Positions 12,901 to 24,260 of a DNA stretch of 64,000 bases are shown in pieces. The stretch is from contig CM022665.1 in assembly GCA_012295275.1 (NCBI GenBank), positions 13,888,001 to 13,952,000 on the forward strand. Reading direction: 5' to 3'. Positions within the stretch are counted from its first letter, which is position 1; the number at the start of each line of letters is the position of its first letter. The notes beneath the pieces were generated by a model. The model saw nothing but the letters and a program-made list of their open reading frames with translations, had not been told where the DNA came from and did no database searches. Source of the DNA: Chrysomallon squamiferum (Eukaryota; Animalia; Mollusca). A program made the position numbers and the translations under genes.

Positions 12901-14643
12901 TCATTATGAATAATGCAGTGATACGAATAAATGAGCACATCAGATACTGAACTGAGCCTAGTGATGATGCACTTTTATTCTTAGAACAAGCATAAACATG
13001 GAACACTACTACATTAATATTACTTGCCAGTGCTGTTGCTTTCTCTAATTTTCCCAATTTACTTTTTACCATATTTTTACATGAACCAGTAGTATATTTC
13101 TATCTGCAGTTTATTTTATTCTTACAAAGGAAAAGTAGGACATTTGTGATTTAAATGTACTCATTTTAAAATATTTAGTACCTAATTACAATCCAATGAA
13201 TTTTTTATTTCAAACATGTTTTTTTATATCAGCTGAAAAAATAGAGTAACTATGAACACAATATAAACACAAATTTATTTATTCAGTTCATTTATTACAG
13301 TTTGAATTTCAGGCACAAAAGGATATGATGACAAATTTTGTATCCACAACACCAGTTATAAAGCTTTATATTTATATGTGTTTGCCTACCAGGAAGTAAA
13401 CATGGCACGTGTCATGTCTACAAATCAATTTTCTTAGAAGAGTCTTACTGGCTTGTTGCATGCTATCATATCATTCTGTTAAAACACAGATTTAACAATT
13501 CTAGTCTCAAATAACAAGACATTACTACTGTGTAACATTTAGAACACTGCATCTCATAACAACACAACTCTAAATGCATCCTAAAAAAACAGGCAAGAGC
13601 CATGTCTCTTTGTTTCTTTTGTTCAAATGAGTATTAAATTTTATTTCTGAGATAACAAACCACATTCAGCATATTACATAATGAGAACTTGTAACAGTTT
13701 TATTTCTGGACAGCAGGTTTTGTTGTTGATGAAGAATATCAGTTCAATATAACATGACTGAAGTGATTCATGGAAACTGTAGTTGTGCATTAATGACATT
13801 AATTCTAATTAGATAACATATGTTCCTTTTTTATATTTTGTTATTTCTTCTGATTTAAGTTAATGTCATTAATAGACAGGAATAAAAGTAAACCATCAGT
13901 TTCCACATATATAGCTTCAACTTTTATTAAACTGACACAACTTCAGTATTAACAATGTCTGCTCTACAGTATTTAAGTAATAATTATTAAAAATAACAAC
14001 ATGGAAGCATACAAAATGTATTCAGGCATCTTTTAAATTCTCAAAGATACACATTAAATAATGTACAGTAAACATCAACAGAACATACATTACTGAATAA
14101 ATATTTTTTATTACATGACTAATTTAAAACTAATACAGTATCAATCATCAGCAATGGTTTAGGCACCTAATTCTGGAGGAAAAAAAGTATGTAAAAATAT
14201 AAAAATTAAATATATTCAAAGAAATAAGGCAGTTAATTCTTAGTCACAAGTTTCAACGAAAACTTTAGTATAATGTGATGCAAAAAAAAAGATTTTTAAC
14301 TGTGGATAAACTCTTCTTTCTAATATAATAATACTGTTTCAATATTCATCCACATAATAATATATTGCTAAGTTTTACCCTTATGTAAGTTTTATATTTA
14401 CCTATGGCTATTAATATTGTTTGCAAATTTTTACAAGCACATTAACTCTTTATCTAACAATTTTTGAGTTAGCTTTGAGAAGAAAATTAAATTGTTATGA
14501 ACAAAATTATATTTTTTACTCAAATGGAATTTCCAGTTATGTTTTACAAAACACTTCAAAAATAAATAAAAATAAAAATTTGAACATCTTTTTCAGTTAA
14601 ACTGTATCATTCATTTCAAATGCCACAAAATATCCATATAAAC

Positions 14644-15201
14644 CTAAAACAAAATTTCTAAAACAATTTTTAAAATGCTAATTAGAAGTGTCCAGAAAGG
14701 TGACTCTTCACCTTCTGTCTCATCAACACTTGATGATGAGCTTTCCATAGACTGCTGCATATACTCATTTCTGGCATAGTAATTTTCATCTCCAATAAGT
14801 GAGGAATAAGTGTCAGCCTCCTGTTCTGCAATGTGATATATTCTAAGAACAAATGAAGAGTTGAAATAAGATGGGTGGCCGTACACTGACACACCAACTG
14901 GACGTTTAAATAAACTTGGAATATCAACACTGTCAGTCCCACAGGTTACTGACTGCAATTCAAAATCATCATAAGAAGGTCGTAGAGTTTTATCAGACAC
15001 AAACAAATCAGCATCTCCATAAATGCTTTGTAATTCCACACGTATAAATCCCTCTCTATTCAGTCGGTAAAATGTATAATTTTCACTTCCCACTTCACCA
15101 GTAATTGTCTGCAGAGCTAACTGAGCACAGGATATGATGACACTGGCTGCTAGACCCAGGGCTATGCCCACTGAATGGACAGAGGAGTACATTTTGACCA
15201 T
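14644..15201 (-). CDS. C6orf120: UPF0669 / C6orf120-family protein (~185 aa), essentially one coding exon
   Basis: N-terminal hydrophobic signal-like segment; family-typical motifs ENYTFYRLNREG, LQSIYGDADLFVS, LQSVTCGTDSVDIP, FKRPVGVSVYGHPS; C-terminal EES.FWTLLISILKIVLEILF. The acceptor TCTCTTGCAG directly precedes the ATG at 15201. An upstream donor ATG|GTGAGT lies at 15711/15710. Family assignment is from motif recognition. Confidence 0.88.
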   Translation of the reverse strand: MVKMYSSVHSVGIALGLAASVIISCAQLALQTITGEVGSENYTFYRLNREGFIRVELQSIYGDADLFVSDKTLRPSYDDFELQSVTCGTDSVDIPSLFKRPVGVSVYGHPSYFNSSFVLRIYHIAEQEADTYSSLIGDENYYARNEYMQQSMESSSSSVDETEGEESPFWTLLISILKIVLEILF

Positions 15202-17620
15202 CTGCAAGAGAGACCAAAAACAAACAAACAAAATAAATTGAAAAAGAAATAAATTATAGGTAAATTTTTCTTTTCATTTTTCTAAAATTAGTGTCATTAG
15301 TAATGACACACTGTCATTATTTATCATTTAGACTTTTAACCATAACCATAAGACAAAAGTTCTGAACTCAGAATTTTGGACAGCTATAAGTATAACAGTA
15401 AATTGTAAGTTGTAACCATGAAGTATGTATTACTATTATTTTATACTCCATGCTTACATTACCCAAATATATTTCAGTATTAATGAAAGAAATAAAAATA
15501 ATAATAATAAAAAAATTAAAAAAATTATAATAACAGAAAATACAAGTTATACGATGGAAAACTGTTTAAAGACAGTTGTCGTGTGGCCTAGTCACACTGG
15601 TACTACTGCTAATGATATTCTCACTGGCGGCGATTTGTCATGATTTTGTATCGTGTATCACATTCACTGTATGCATTTAAATAAAATCCACCCAGTCTAC
15701 GCAGACTCACCATTCAAAATACTTAAATTTTACACCCATTCATTTAAACAGTCAGAAAAGTACGTACAATCAAATACTTTGTTTTTCAGTCTTAAATAAT
15801 CTGCTGTAATCACAGTATTTGACCTTTGCTATTTCTGCCGAAATCAAATCACAATTTTCTTTCTGAAAGGCATATCACAAACTTAGTGAGTGTATTTTCT
15901 ATGTAATTTCCTTTTTTTGTTTTTGAGAACTATGCAACATACATAAGCCGTCACTTTTTGAATAATAATAGTAGTACTAATAAATGTACAAAGCAGAAGG
16001 AATAATCAATGAATGCAGTTAAACTATTAAATGTCACAATCTTATAGATACACTGACATTTTGGAGTAAAGCCACAAATTCGGTTTGTACCGCGAAATGT
16101 TTTAAAGGTGCTTAAAAATTGTTGGTCTGCGATAAAAAGTGCCTGCCTACTTCCTGTTGATATTCTTGGAAAAACTCGTCATTTTGATCTTTAATTAAAC
16201 GATTGACACTTTGAAACAAAGTCAGTAATTAGTATATTTTAGTTAAAGCGTCATAATATATTAACCAGAGGTTACGTGAATATCTTCAACAGCAACATTT
16301 ATATAATTTTCAAATGCTGACGGTATAGTTGTGGCATTCAGTGATTATGTGAACATGACATTGATATTATGATAACGTAACTACGTTAATATTAATTCAC
16401 TATTTTTTCAGTTTTTTAATCTGTGATTTGCCACTGATTAAGAATTTATAACACTGTCACATGAGACTTAGTATTTTTTCCTTTGTAATTTTTTTGGTGT
16501 AGACCTAGGCGTTGTTTTCACACATTTTACTGAATGTTTTAAATATATAGTTTTGTTCTGCTGCTAGTGGAAATAAAATTGAAACATAAAAAAGTGATAA
16601 TGCAGTGATATTATAAATCTTTAACATTTTTCAGAAATTTGGTAGCCATAATTAAAATTAGTAGCCACATAATAAATGTTAATAATAAGACAAAACAAAA
16701 AGAAACAAACAAACAAAAAAATTAAAATAATTTATTTCTACTTAAAACCCTCAAATAAGTATTCATCTATCACCCAAAGAAGCGAAAATTAATAAATCAT
16801 AATAGAAAACATAATAGTTTTTTTCAACATTTTTGCTGAATCATACCTTCAGAAAGCACAATTGCTGGTTTTCCCCTGTTGCTTTCATTCCATTGTGACA
16901 GCAACTTTCCTTATCTGGTATTTTATTTCATATTAAAATGAACTATGTAGCAGTTTTGGTCAATTAAATGTAATGTACTACAATAATTTGCATGTAGACA
17001 TTGCAGTGTAGTTGTTATGATCAGGCCGAGAGGAGCATACTGATCGTAGATTTCAATCTGTGCACTTTGGGTTTTGCCAATTACTATCTCTTCTTCATTA
17101 AGACAGAGGCAGTCATTTTGTTCACATGATTCTCATGATGAATTAATCTTGATTTTAGGATCATAAACTTAACAATCTTTACAGAACAACAGTACAATAT
17201 ATTCTATCAATATTATTGCTCAAATGCTGAATTTGAGCTGAGAAAAAATAAACTAATCAAATCACACCTGTGCTTTTAATTGCCTTTAGTCTCATGGTGG
17301 TGTCGTCCCATCTTGTTGAATCCCAAGATCTGAATGTACTTTTTCCTCTAACCATCTAACATTAAAAAATGAATCTGATAAAAATCTGCAATATTACTAA
17401 ATGGAAATCATTCATTGGTAATGTATTAGAATATTGCTAATGTTTTTTTTTTTTTAAGGTAGTATTATTATTATTTAATTTTTTTTTTACCTCTTCAGAG
17501 TTAAGAAATACCTTTAAATTTTTCACTTGTGTTATTTTAGATGTTGGCATGACGTGTAAATCAAGTGTAGTGCAGTATGCACTGTGATAGTGTTACCTGT
17601 GATTTGTATGTAGTATTACA

Positions 17621-19445
17621 ATGGCTAGCTGGTCAAGAGACTCGGAGAATGAAGATGAGTTTATCAGACCTCCAAGCTCTCCCCGTTTGATGATTCCACA
17701 AGAGCAACAGAGAGTACATCGAGACACTGAAAACAGTGTTGCTCAACAAAGTGAAGACATTTTCAAGAATTTTTTTTATCAGCGTTACAGTCAAGAACAA
17801 ATTCGACAAACATATGATACAACTCCACAGGTGACAGAAATTCTTGAAATTGACGAGGAACCATTAAGGTGTGTGGTTGTGTTTATAGAGAATCTAAACT
17901 CTTAACAGTCTATTTTAATCTAGGTGGTTGTTGTTTGATAAATAACAAAACAGACTTTTTGTCTTACTGTTTACAACATACATACGTGGTTGACTAGATA
18001 TTTGAGTTACTCTGTTGTTTTGTTTGATATAATATGCCAGTGTATATGATTAATCTCTATATTTCACTTTAAGTCCAACTGCTGAAATTGGTCGACAGTT
18101 AGCCAGGATAGGCGATGACATCAATGACAGATACTCTGATGTGTTTGATGAGATGATGAGAAATTTGAATATTAATGAAAACACCGCGTATGAAGCATTT
18201 GCAAATGTGGCCCGAAAGTATGAAATTTATTTACTTTCATTATTCCTAATAATATGTGAAATTAATAGTGTAGCATTATTATCTTAGAAATTCGCTCTGG
18301 ACTATTTTCTGCATTGTCTAATAATTTATGATTGATTCATAAATTATGTATTTTAGTCTGTATCAAAACATATTATTTATCAAAAACTAAATGATCTCTT
18401 TCTGTTAGTTGGTAACAGAGTAATTAATATTCTGCTAAGGTGGGTTTACTTTCATTTTGTTGTTTGAAAAACCCATCTCTTTTGTGTTAAATTTAAAATA
18501 AGGTATTAATTTTTGAATAAATGTATCATTTAAAATAGTTTACAGAAAAGAAATTATGAAATATTATTGATGACAAGACAGCTGTATGTTGAATTTTTTT
18601 ATCTGAAAATAGAATGTTTATTTGTCGATTGATAATTCTGTACTATTATTGTATTTTCTTTTTGAAATTAAATGACTTAATTCTGTTTGTGTTTTTTTTT
18701 TTTTTTTGTTTTTTTTAAATTGTTTTTTTAGGTTAATTGCAAATGGCATCAACTGGGGAAGAGTTCTGACATTGCTTTGTTTTGGCTATAGAATAGCTGT
18801 CAGTGTTCTGCAGTCTGGAGCAAGCAGATTTGCAACTTTCATGAAAAAGATTGTTTCATATGTTGTGACTTTCATTGTAAAAGAGAAAATAGCAAAATGG
18901 ATAGCTGAAAATGGTGGATGGGTAAGAATTTAAAAAACAAAATTGAAATTACTGATTTCATATAAAAAAATCTTCTAGCAAATCCCATTAAAAATATTTA
19001 CAGAATAAAAACTATTAATATATTCATAAATTTCATACTAGAATATTGTGATCAAGTTGACATTTTCTGTCTATTGTTAGTGGTTTATAGATATTTCTTT
19101 AATGTTACTGTCTTTTATAATTTTTAATATATATTTGTTTATATTCATTTGAAATTACAAAGCAGTGCAAGAATTATTACATATAATTTTTTATGTTATA
19201 TGTTCTGGTTTTATTGTTTCATTACTACAAATGAAAACAAGCTGACCTGTTTCAATCAGATCTCAAAATTAATGGGTGCAAGTAAATCAAATATTTCTGT
19301 TTGCATCTGAAATTATTTTCTTATTCTCTTTCAGGGAGCTGCTCTTTCCTTTGTTCCCTCCATGAGTACAAAAACATGGTTTGCATTGATCAGCATGGCT
19401 GCTGTCTCTGTGGTAGCTGTTATTTACTTCCATAAATACAATTAG
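17621..19445 (+). CDS. BAK1: Bcl-2-family pro-apoptotic effector Bak, 4 coding exons, 230 aa
   Basis: Exons 17621-17868, 18074-18217, 18732-18921 and 19335-19445 sum to 693 nt. BH3 IGRQLARIGDDINDRY resembles Bak VGRQLAIIGDDINRRY. BH1 is GINWGRVLTLLCFGY, BH2 is WIAENGGW, and the C-terminal membrane anchor is TWFALISMAAVSVVAVIYFHKYN. Confidence 0.9.
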
Positions 19446-19636
19446 TTCAAATTAGACTTAGTGGATGAGTGTCTGAATGATAGAGGTTTTAGTTTGGAAA
19501 GATTCTCTAAGATATGTTGACACATAATTCACTCTGAAGAAATTTCCAAAATTTCCAAAACCAGCAATGTTTGAAGATTGATATAATATTCTGTAACCAT
19601 ATCGGTGGTCCTTTCTAATCAAGATCAGATTTTAAT

Positions 19637-19782
19637 ATTTAATTATTTAGATTTGTTATCAACATTTAATTATTTAGATTTGTTATCAACATTTAATCAT
19701 TTAGATTTGTTATTAACATTTAATTATTTGGATTTGTTATTAACATTTAATTATTTGGATTTATTATTAATATTTAATTATT
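19637..19782 (+). repeat. 27-bp minisatellite, about 5.4 copies, in the presumed Bak 3' UTR
   Basis: Unit ATTTAATTATTTAGATTTGTTATCAAC starts at 19637, 19664, 19691, 19718 and 19745, plus a partial copy. Confidence 0.9.
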
Positions 19783-22700
19783 AAGGATTGATGCCAATAT
19801 TTAACTTTGCATACATGTACATGACATTTTATTACCAGAATTCAAAGTAAATTATGAATTGTTTTAATCTCTGCCATATTTTCATAATGTCCCTACGAAT
19901 TATTTATGTTACATCATGAGTGGATACCAGAGTACTAATGGTTAACAGTATTACAGCAATGTTTGCATTAGGGTTTAGTGTTTTTCAATCCAAATACTCT
20001 TAAGAGTTTATTTCTGAAATATTTTTATATTTAATGGTTTTTGGGCTCTTTTTTTTGTTTTTTAAATATATGCATATAAACTTATTTTTGAAAATGGATA
20101 AAATTTGCCAGATAAATATTAATGTTTTAAAAAGAAGTATTTGAAAGTTACAATGTTTATCTAGAATAAATTGTATTTATAGGCTTTTTTATGTAAACAA
20201 CTTGGTTTCTTCAGAACTCGTAGGATTCAAAATTACTTAAACTTTAATATTTTAATTTTTAACATGTTTATATATATTTCTGTTACATACTTTAAATGTA
20301 GAGCATTAATGATCTGTGACTGCCAAAACCAACTGACACTGGCTTGACTAGATGAATATTTTCATTAAGACAAAATTATATAACAAGTTGAAAACCGATA
20401 TTCTGTAGTTCTGATAGGAACATAAGTATATTGCAACTTGCTTTTTAAGAGAAAAGATACCTTATTTTTTTTCAAAATAAAAAATATGTGTGTGTGTACA
20501 GTTTTAAAAGTTTGTGTTTTTTATAAATATACAGAAATAAATGTGCAAGTTATTTTATAAAATACTAGATTTATTATATCAGTACTCATTTCCATGTACT
20601 GTAAACAGTTGCTATTTTGGATATTTTTTATATTAAATATTGTAATAAATTTTCTTTGTTTAGAAAAAGAAAAACTAAGGAACGTTTGTCACCATTTTCT
20701 CTCTCTTGTTGTAGCTTGTATTGCATCTTAAATGTGTTTAAGATAAGAATTTATATTTTCTTGCAGTTCAGAGTTTGTTCTAATCTTGATATTCAAACTG
20801 TCTGAGCATGTTAATTTATATCTGAATGAAATTTCATAATAACATTGTCATTATTATATATTTTTATAACTACAAAGTTAACAATCATCATGAACAGAAA
20901 CCTTTTTGCAAATATTTGGGCTGAATGAATTTGTTATGACATAAAATTACCATTTCAGGTAACTGTTTGCATAGTTGTTTTAGTAACCGTTTTTAGCTGT
21001 GGCTTTTTCATTATTTTTTCCTTTTTGCACAAGTTGAGTTATTTTTATGTCATAATGTATGTGGTTTTTGCCAGCATGATTTAAACAATTACTTGTTTGT
21101 AATAGATGAAATGAATTATATTCAGTTTTTAGTTTATTTGTGGGTTTCAGGGTTTGTTCTTTGCTAACCATAAGTTGAATGTGACAATGTATCAGGTTTT
21201 TGATGGCATGATTTCGGCATCATTATTGGTTTCTAATAGACCAAACTAATATTAGTTAAATGAAATTTTACCATATAGAAGGAATACAAGTTTAATGCTA
21301 CTGCAAACTAGTTTGAACATTTTTGGGACGTCACAAATACTTGGGTGGGGTTTTATTGTATTTTTTAATGATAAAATGGGAAGAAACTGACGTCTTTGGC
21401 AGCTATAGACATATGCACTACCTGCAAGTTCTTCCATTAAAGATTCTAAACAATTGATAAAATGACAGTGATAATTACATTTTTGCGTTAAATAAATATG
21501 GGTTGTGTGCTGTCAGTAATCCATGGGCCAACATTATCCATCTGTGTGCAAACTGAAAAGCACTGAACACCTTGGTACAGGAAGTAGCTCTTTAGATATC
21601 TGTACAGGTACTCATTCTCCTACAGATTATACCTCAGACCAGAGTTTTATCCATTCAGATGTAGCTTTTAAAAAAACCCAGTCATATCTATAATAATACT
21701 TAGAGGAATAAATTGAAACATCTAAGAAGTTAAAAGTATTAATTCTTTTGTTTTTGCCTCTAGGGAAATGATAAATGTAAACTGATCTAAGCTCTTTTTT
21801 TTTATGGTGGTTCTTTTTTATTACTTGTATTCAGTTGTACGTTTTAAAAAAAATTATATTTATAAATGTATCCAGTTTTTTCACCTTAATCATAATTTTA
21901 ATAGATATACAGGAAAGCCATTAAAATGGCTTATTTATAAATGAGTATATAAGTATTATTAGCAAATATGGTTTATTGGTTTGTTTTTATAAAGAGTGAA
22001 ATGGATTTCTTGTATTTTTATTTCATTTTACTATTTTATTTTTATAAATATACATTGTTAAAATAAAAGAAAAAGAAAGAAAGACGAGTTCCATTTCTAA
22101 TAAAAAAAAAATGTATCCGTATTTTTAAAATTATATAAATAATACTAAATGCTTATGCATTTGTAATGTACACTTTATATATTTTTCTTTTTTATATTTA
22201 GTTATAGAAAATGGTTTTGGAACATACGTATTATGTTAATACATACCATTAGAACCAAATAAAATAAGCAAGCATGATTATGACAAACAAACTTTCATTT
22301 AATTTTGGGAATATTGACAAAGGACAGCTGAAAATTATTTCTGTTAGTTCAGAAATTACTTTATTTGGCTTATCTATACTATCCATTCCATTCCTATCAC
22401 TGTTCAACAATAGTTTGTGTAGTGTACAATTCTGCTTGCATTAGTATATAATTTTATAATACATAATGTAGATTTGTGCATCCTAGTTATAATATGGAAT
22501 AGTCAAATACCACAAATGGATTTCATCATAATTAAGAATCTGACATAATGCTGTACATCACCAACTCCTTTTTTTTCGGTAAGCTCAAAACATTTTGTCC
22601 TGCTTCATTTATGACAGGTCTTGCTGTGTTGAGCTTACATCTTTTAACTGTCTCTTCATCAATATAGTTCATGTTGCTTTATTATTAATATCCTTGATGG

Positions 22701-24098
22701 TGGTGCATTCTGGATGTTTTACTGTTACATGAGACATCACCAAAGTTTCTTGAATGAATTCCTGTGTTCTTGTTGATACTGCTGCATTAAATGTTTTCCA
22801 TTCCATTATTCACTGGATTTCTAAATTTTGGCAGTCTTGCAGCTAATTGTTGCTTAATTACATTCTAAATGAAATAATCCACTCTTAATTTCTCATCGCT
22901 GTTTATTATTTACTGCTTATCTGTATATTTATTATTTTTGTTTTCTGAACTACCATCCATGTCACTTTTTCTTCTTTTTTGTTGAGAGAGGATTACATTT
23001 TGCACATATTTTATCAGGGTAACAGTTAACAGTAGGTCAACATTTCAGTTTATATTTACAATGAAATTCTTGTGCTAATACATTGTCATTTAATAGATCC
23101 CTCTATATTCATGACTGAAACATTTCCTGATTTAAATTTATTACATTTTTAAAATTATACTTCATGATTTGTATTAGGTTCACTTCACAAAAATAAATAA
23201 AATAAAATCATGCAGAAACTGACAAAATAGTGTTCCATGCTTCAACTTGGTAAATGAATTCTGAATGCATATATATGATGGTGCACAGAATTTTAGTAAA
23301 AGATTTATTTTTGATTATTTTTCTCTAAATCTTTTGTTATTTACCAAGTGAGATTATTTAATAAGTGTCTCTAACAAAGTAAAACATGTTGCAGGTTAAT
23401 TTTATGCAGGGAAGTGATGAGATAACTATTTACTTAGCAATTATTTATTAAACAATGAGATCTCTTTTTTTTTTTTTTTTTTTTTTTATGGGAGACATAG
23501 TTATGCTGTGCATAATTATATTAATGGTGTTAGTGTGAATATTGCTCAATGGTGTTGCATTACATTTTACAGTTCTTGATAAACCAAGACAATTATTTAA
23601 AACACATCATATAGATGAAGGAGGCATCTCATAATAACTATTATTTCAAAAAAATGTATTAATGTATTATGCAATTTCACCACTGGCATTTGTTTTAATA
23701 ACCAGAATTTAAAGAAAAATTTGTGTGAATAAATCATTCTTATGTTTTTGTCTTGTTTTTTTTATATATATATATATATATATACACACACATATGCTAT
23801 TCCTTACATTTTATGTGCTGGTTTGTTTCTCTTTCAAAGCTATTAAAATGATGAAATAATAATTTTAAAAAGTTATTCGGTTTGTTAACAGCATTTTAGG
23901 TTAAAAAAAAAAATCTGTTTCAAAGTCGCAATATTTTCTCTTATTTGGTAAAGAAATGATTTTTAATCTAAATAGCTTTCTGTAGGTATTTCTTCTCTAC
24001 CCCGTTTATTTGTGTTAATTGGATTCGGGATGGAAGGGATTTAACATAAAGAGTGTCAAATGACAAACCTGTTTTTCTTACTATGCATTGCACAGAAC

Positions 24099-24260
24099 AT
24101 CGCGTGATTCGGTATGGTATGGAGAACTCTTTTTACGTGCCCACGTCCAATTCAAGGTTCGGGCACCATCGCGTGATTCAATGCTCCACGTGGCTTATTT
24201 CCCTTTTATAAACAAAATCACGTGATGGGGTGATGCGATTTTTTAAAAGTCTCACGCCAC
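24099..24260 (+). promoter_or_regulatory. Cluster of SREBP-type sites (SRE and E-box) with a CCAAT box upstream of ACC
   Basis: ATCGCGTGAT at 24099-24108 and 24168-24177; CCAAT 24147-24151; CACGTG 24187-24192; ATCACGTGAT 24217-24226; ATCACCCCAT on the minus strand 24225-24234; CTCACGCCAC 24251-24260. A candidate non-coding first-exon donor AG|GTGAGT follows at 24591/24592. Confidence 0.7.

Noticed and set aside
14682-14942. Overlapping alternative-frame ORFs on C6orf120, TBP and ACC exons
   Set aside because: These are shadow frames of real coding exons with no independent support.
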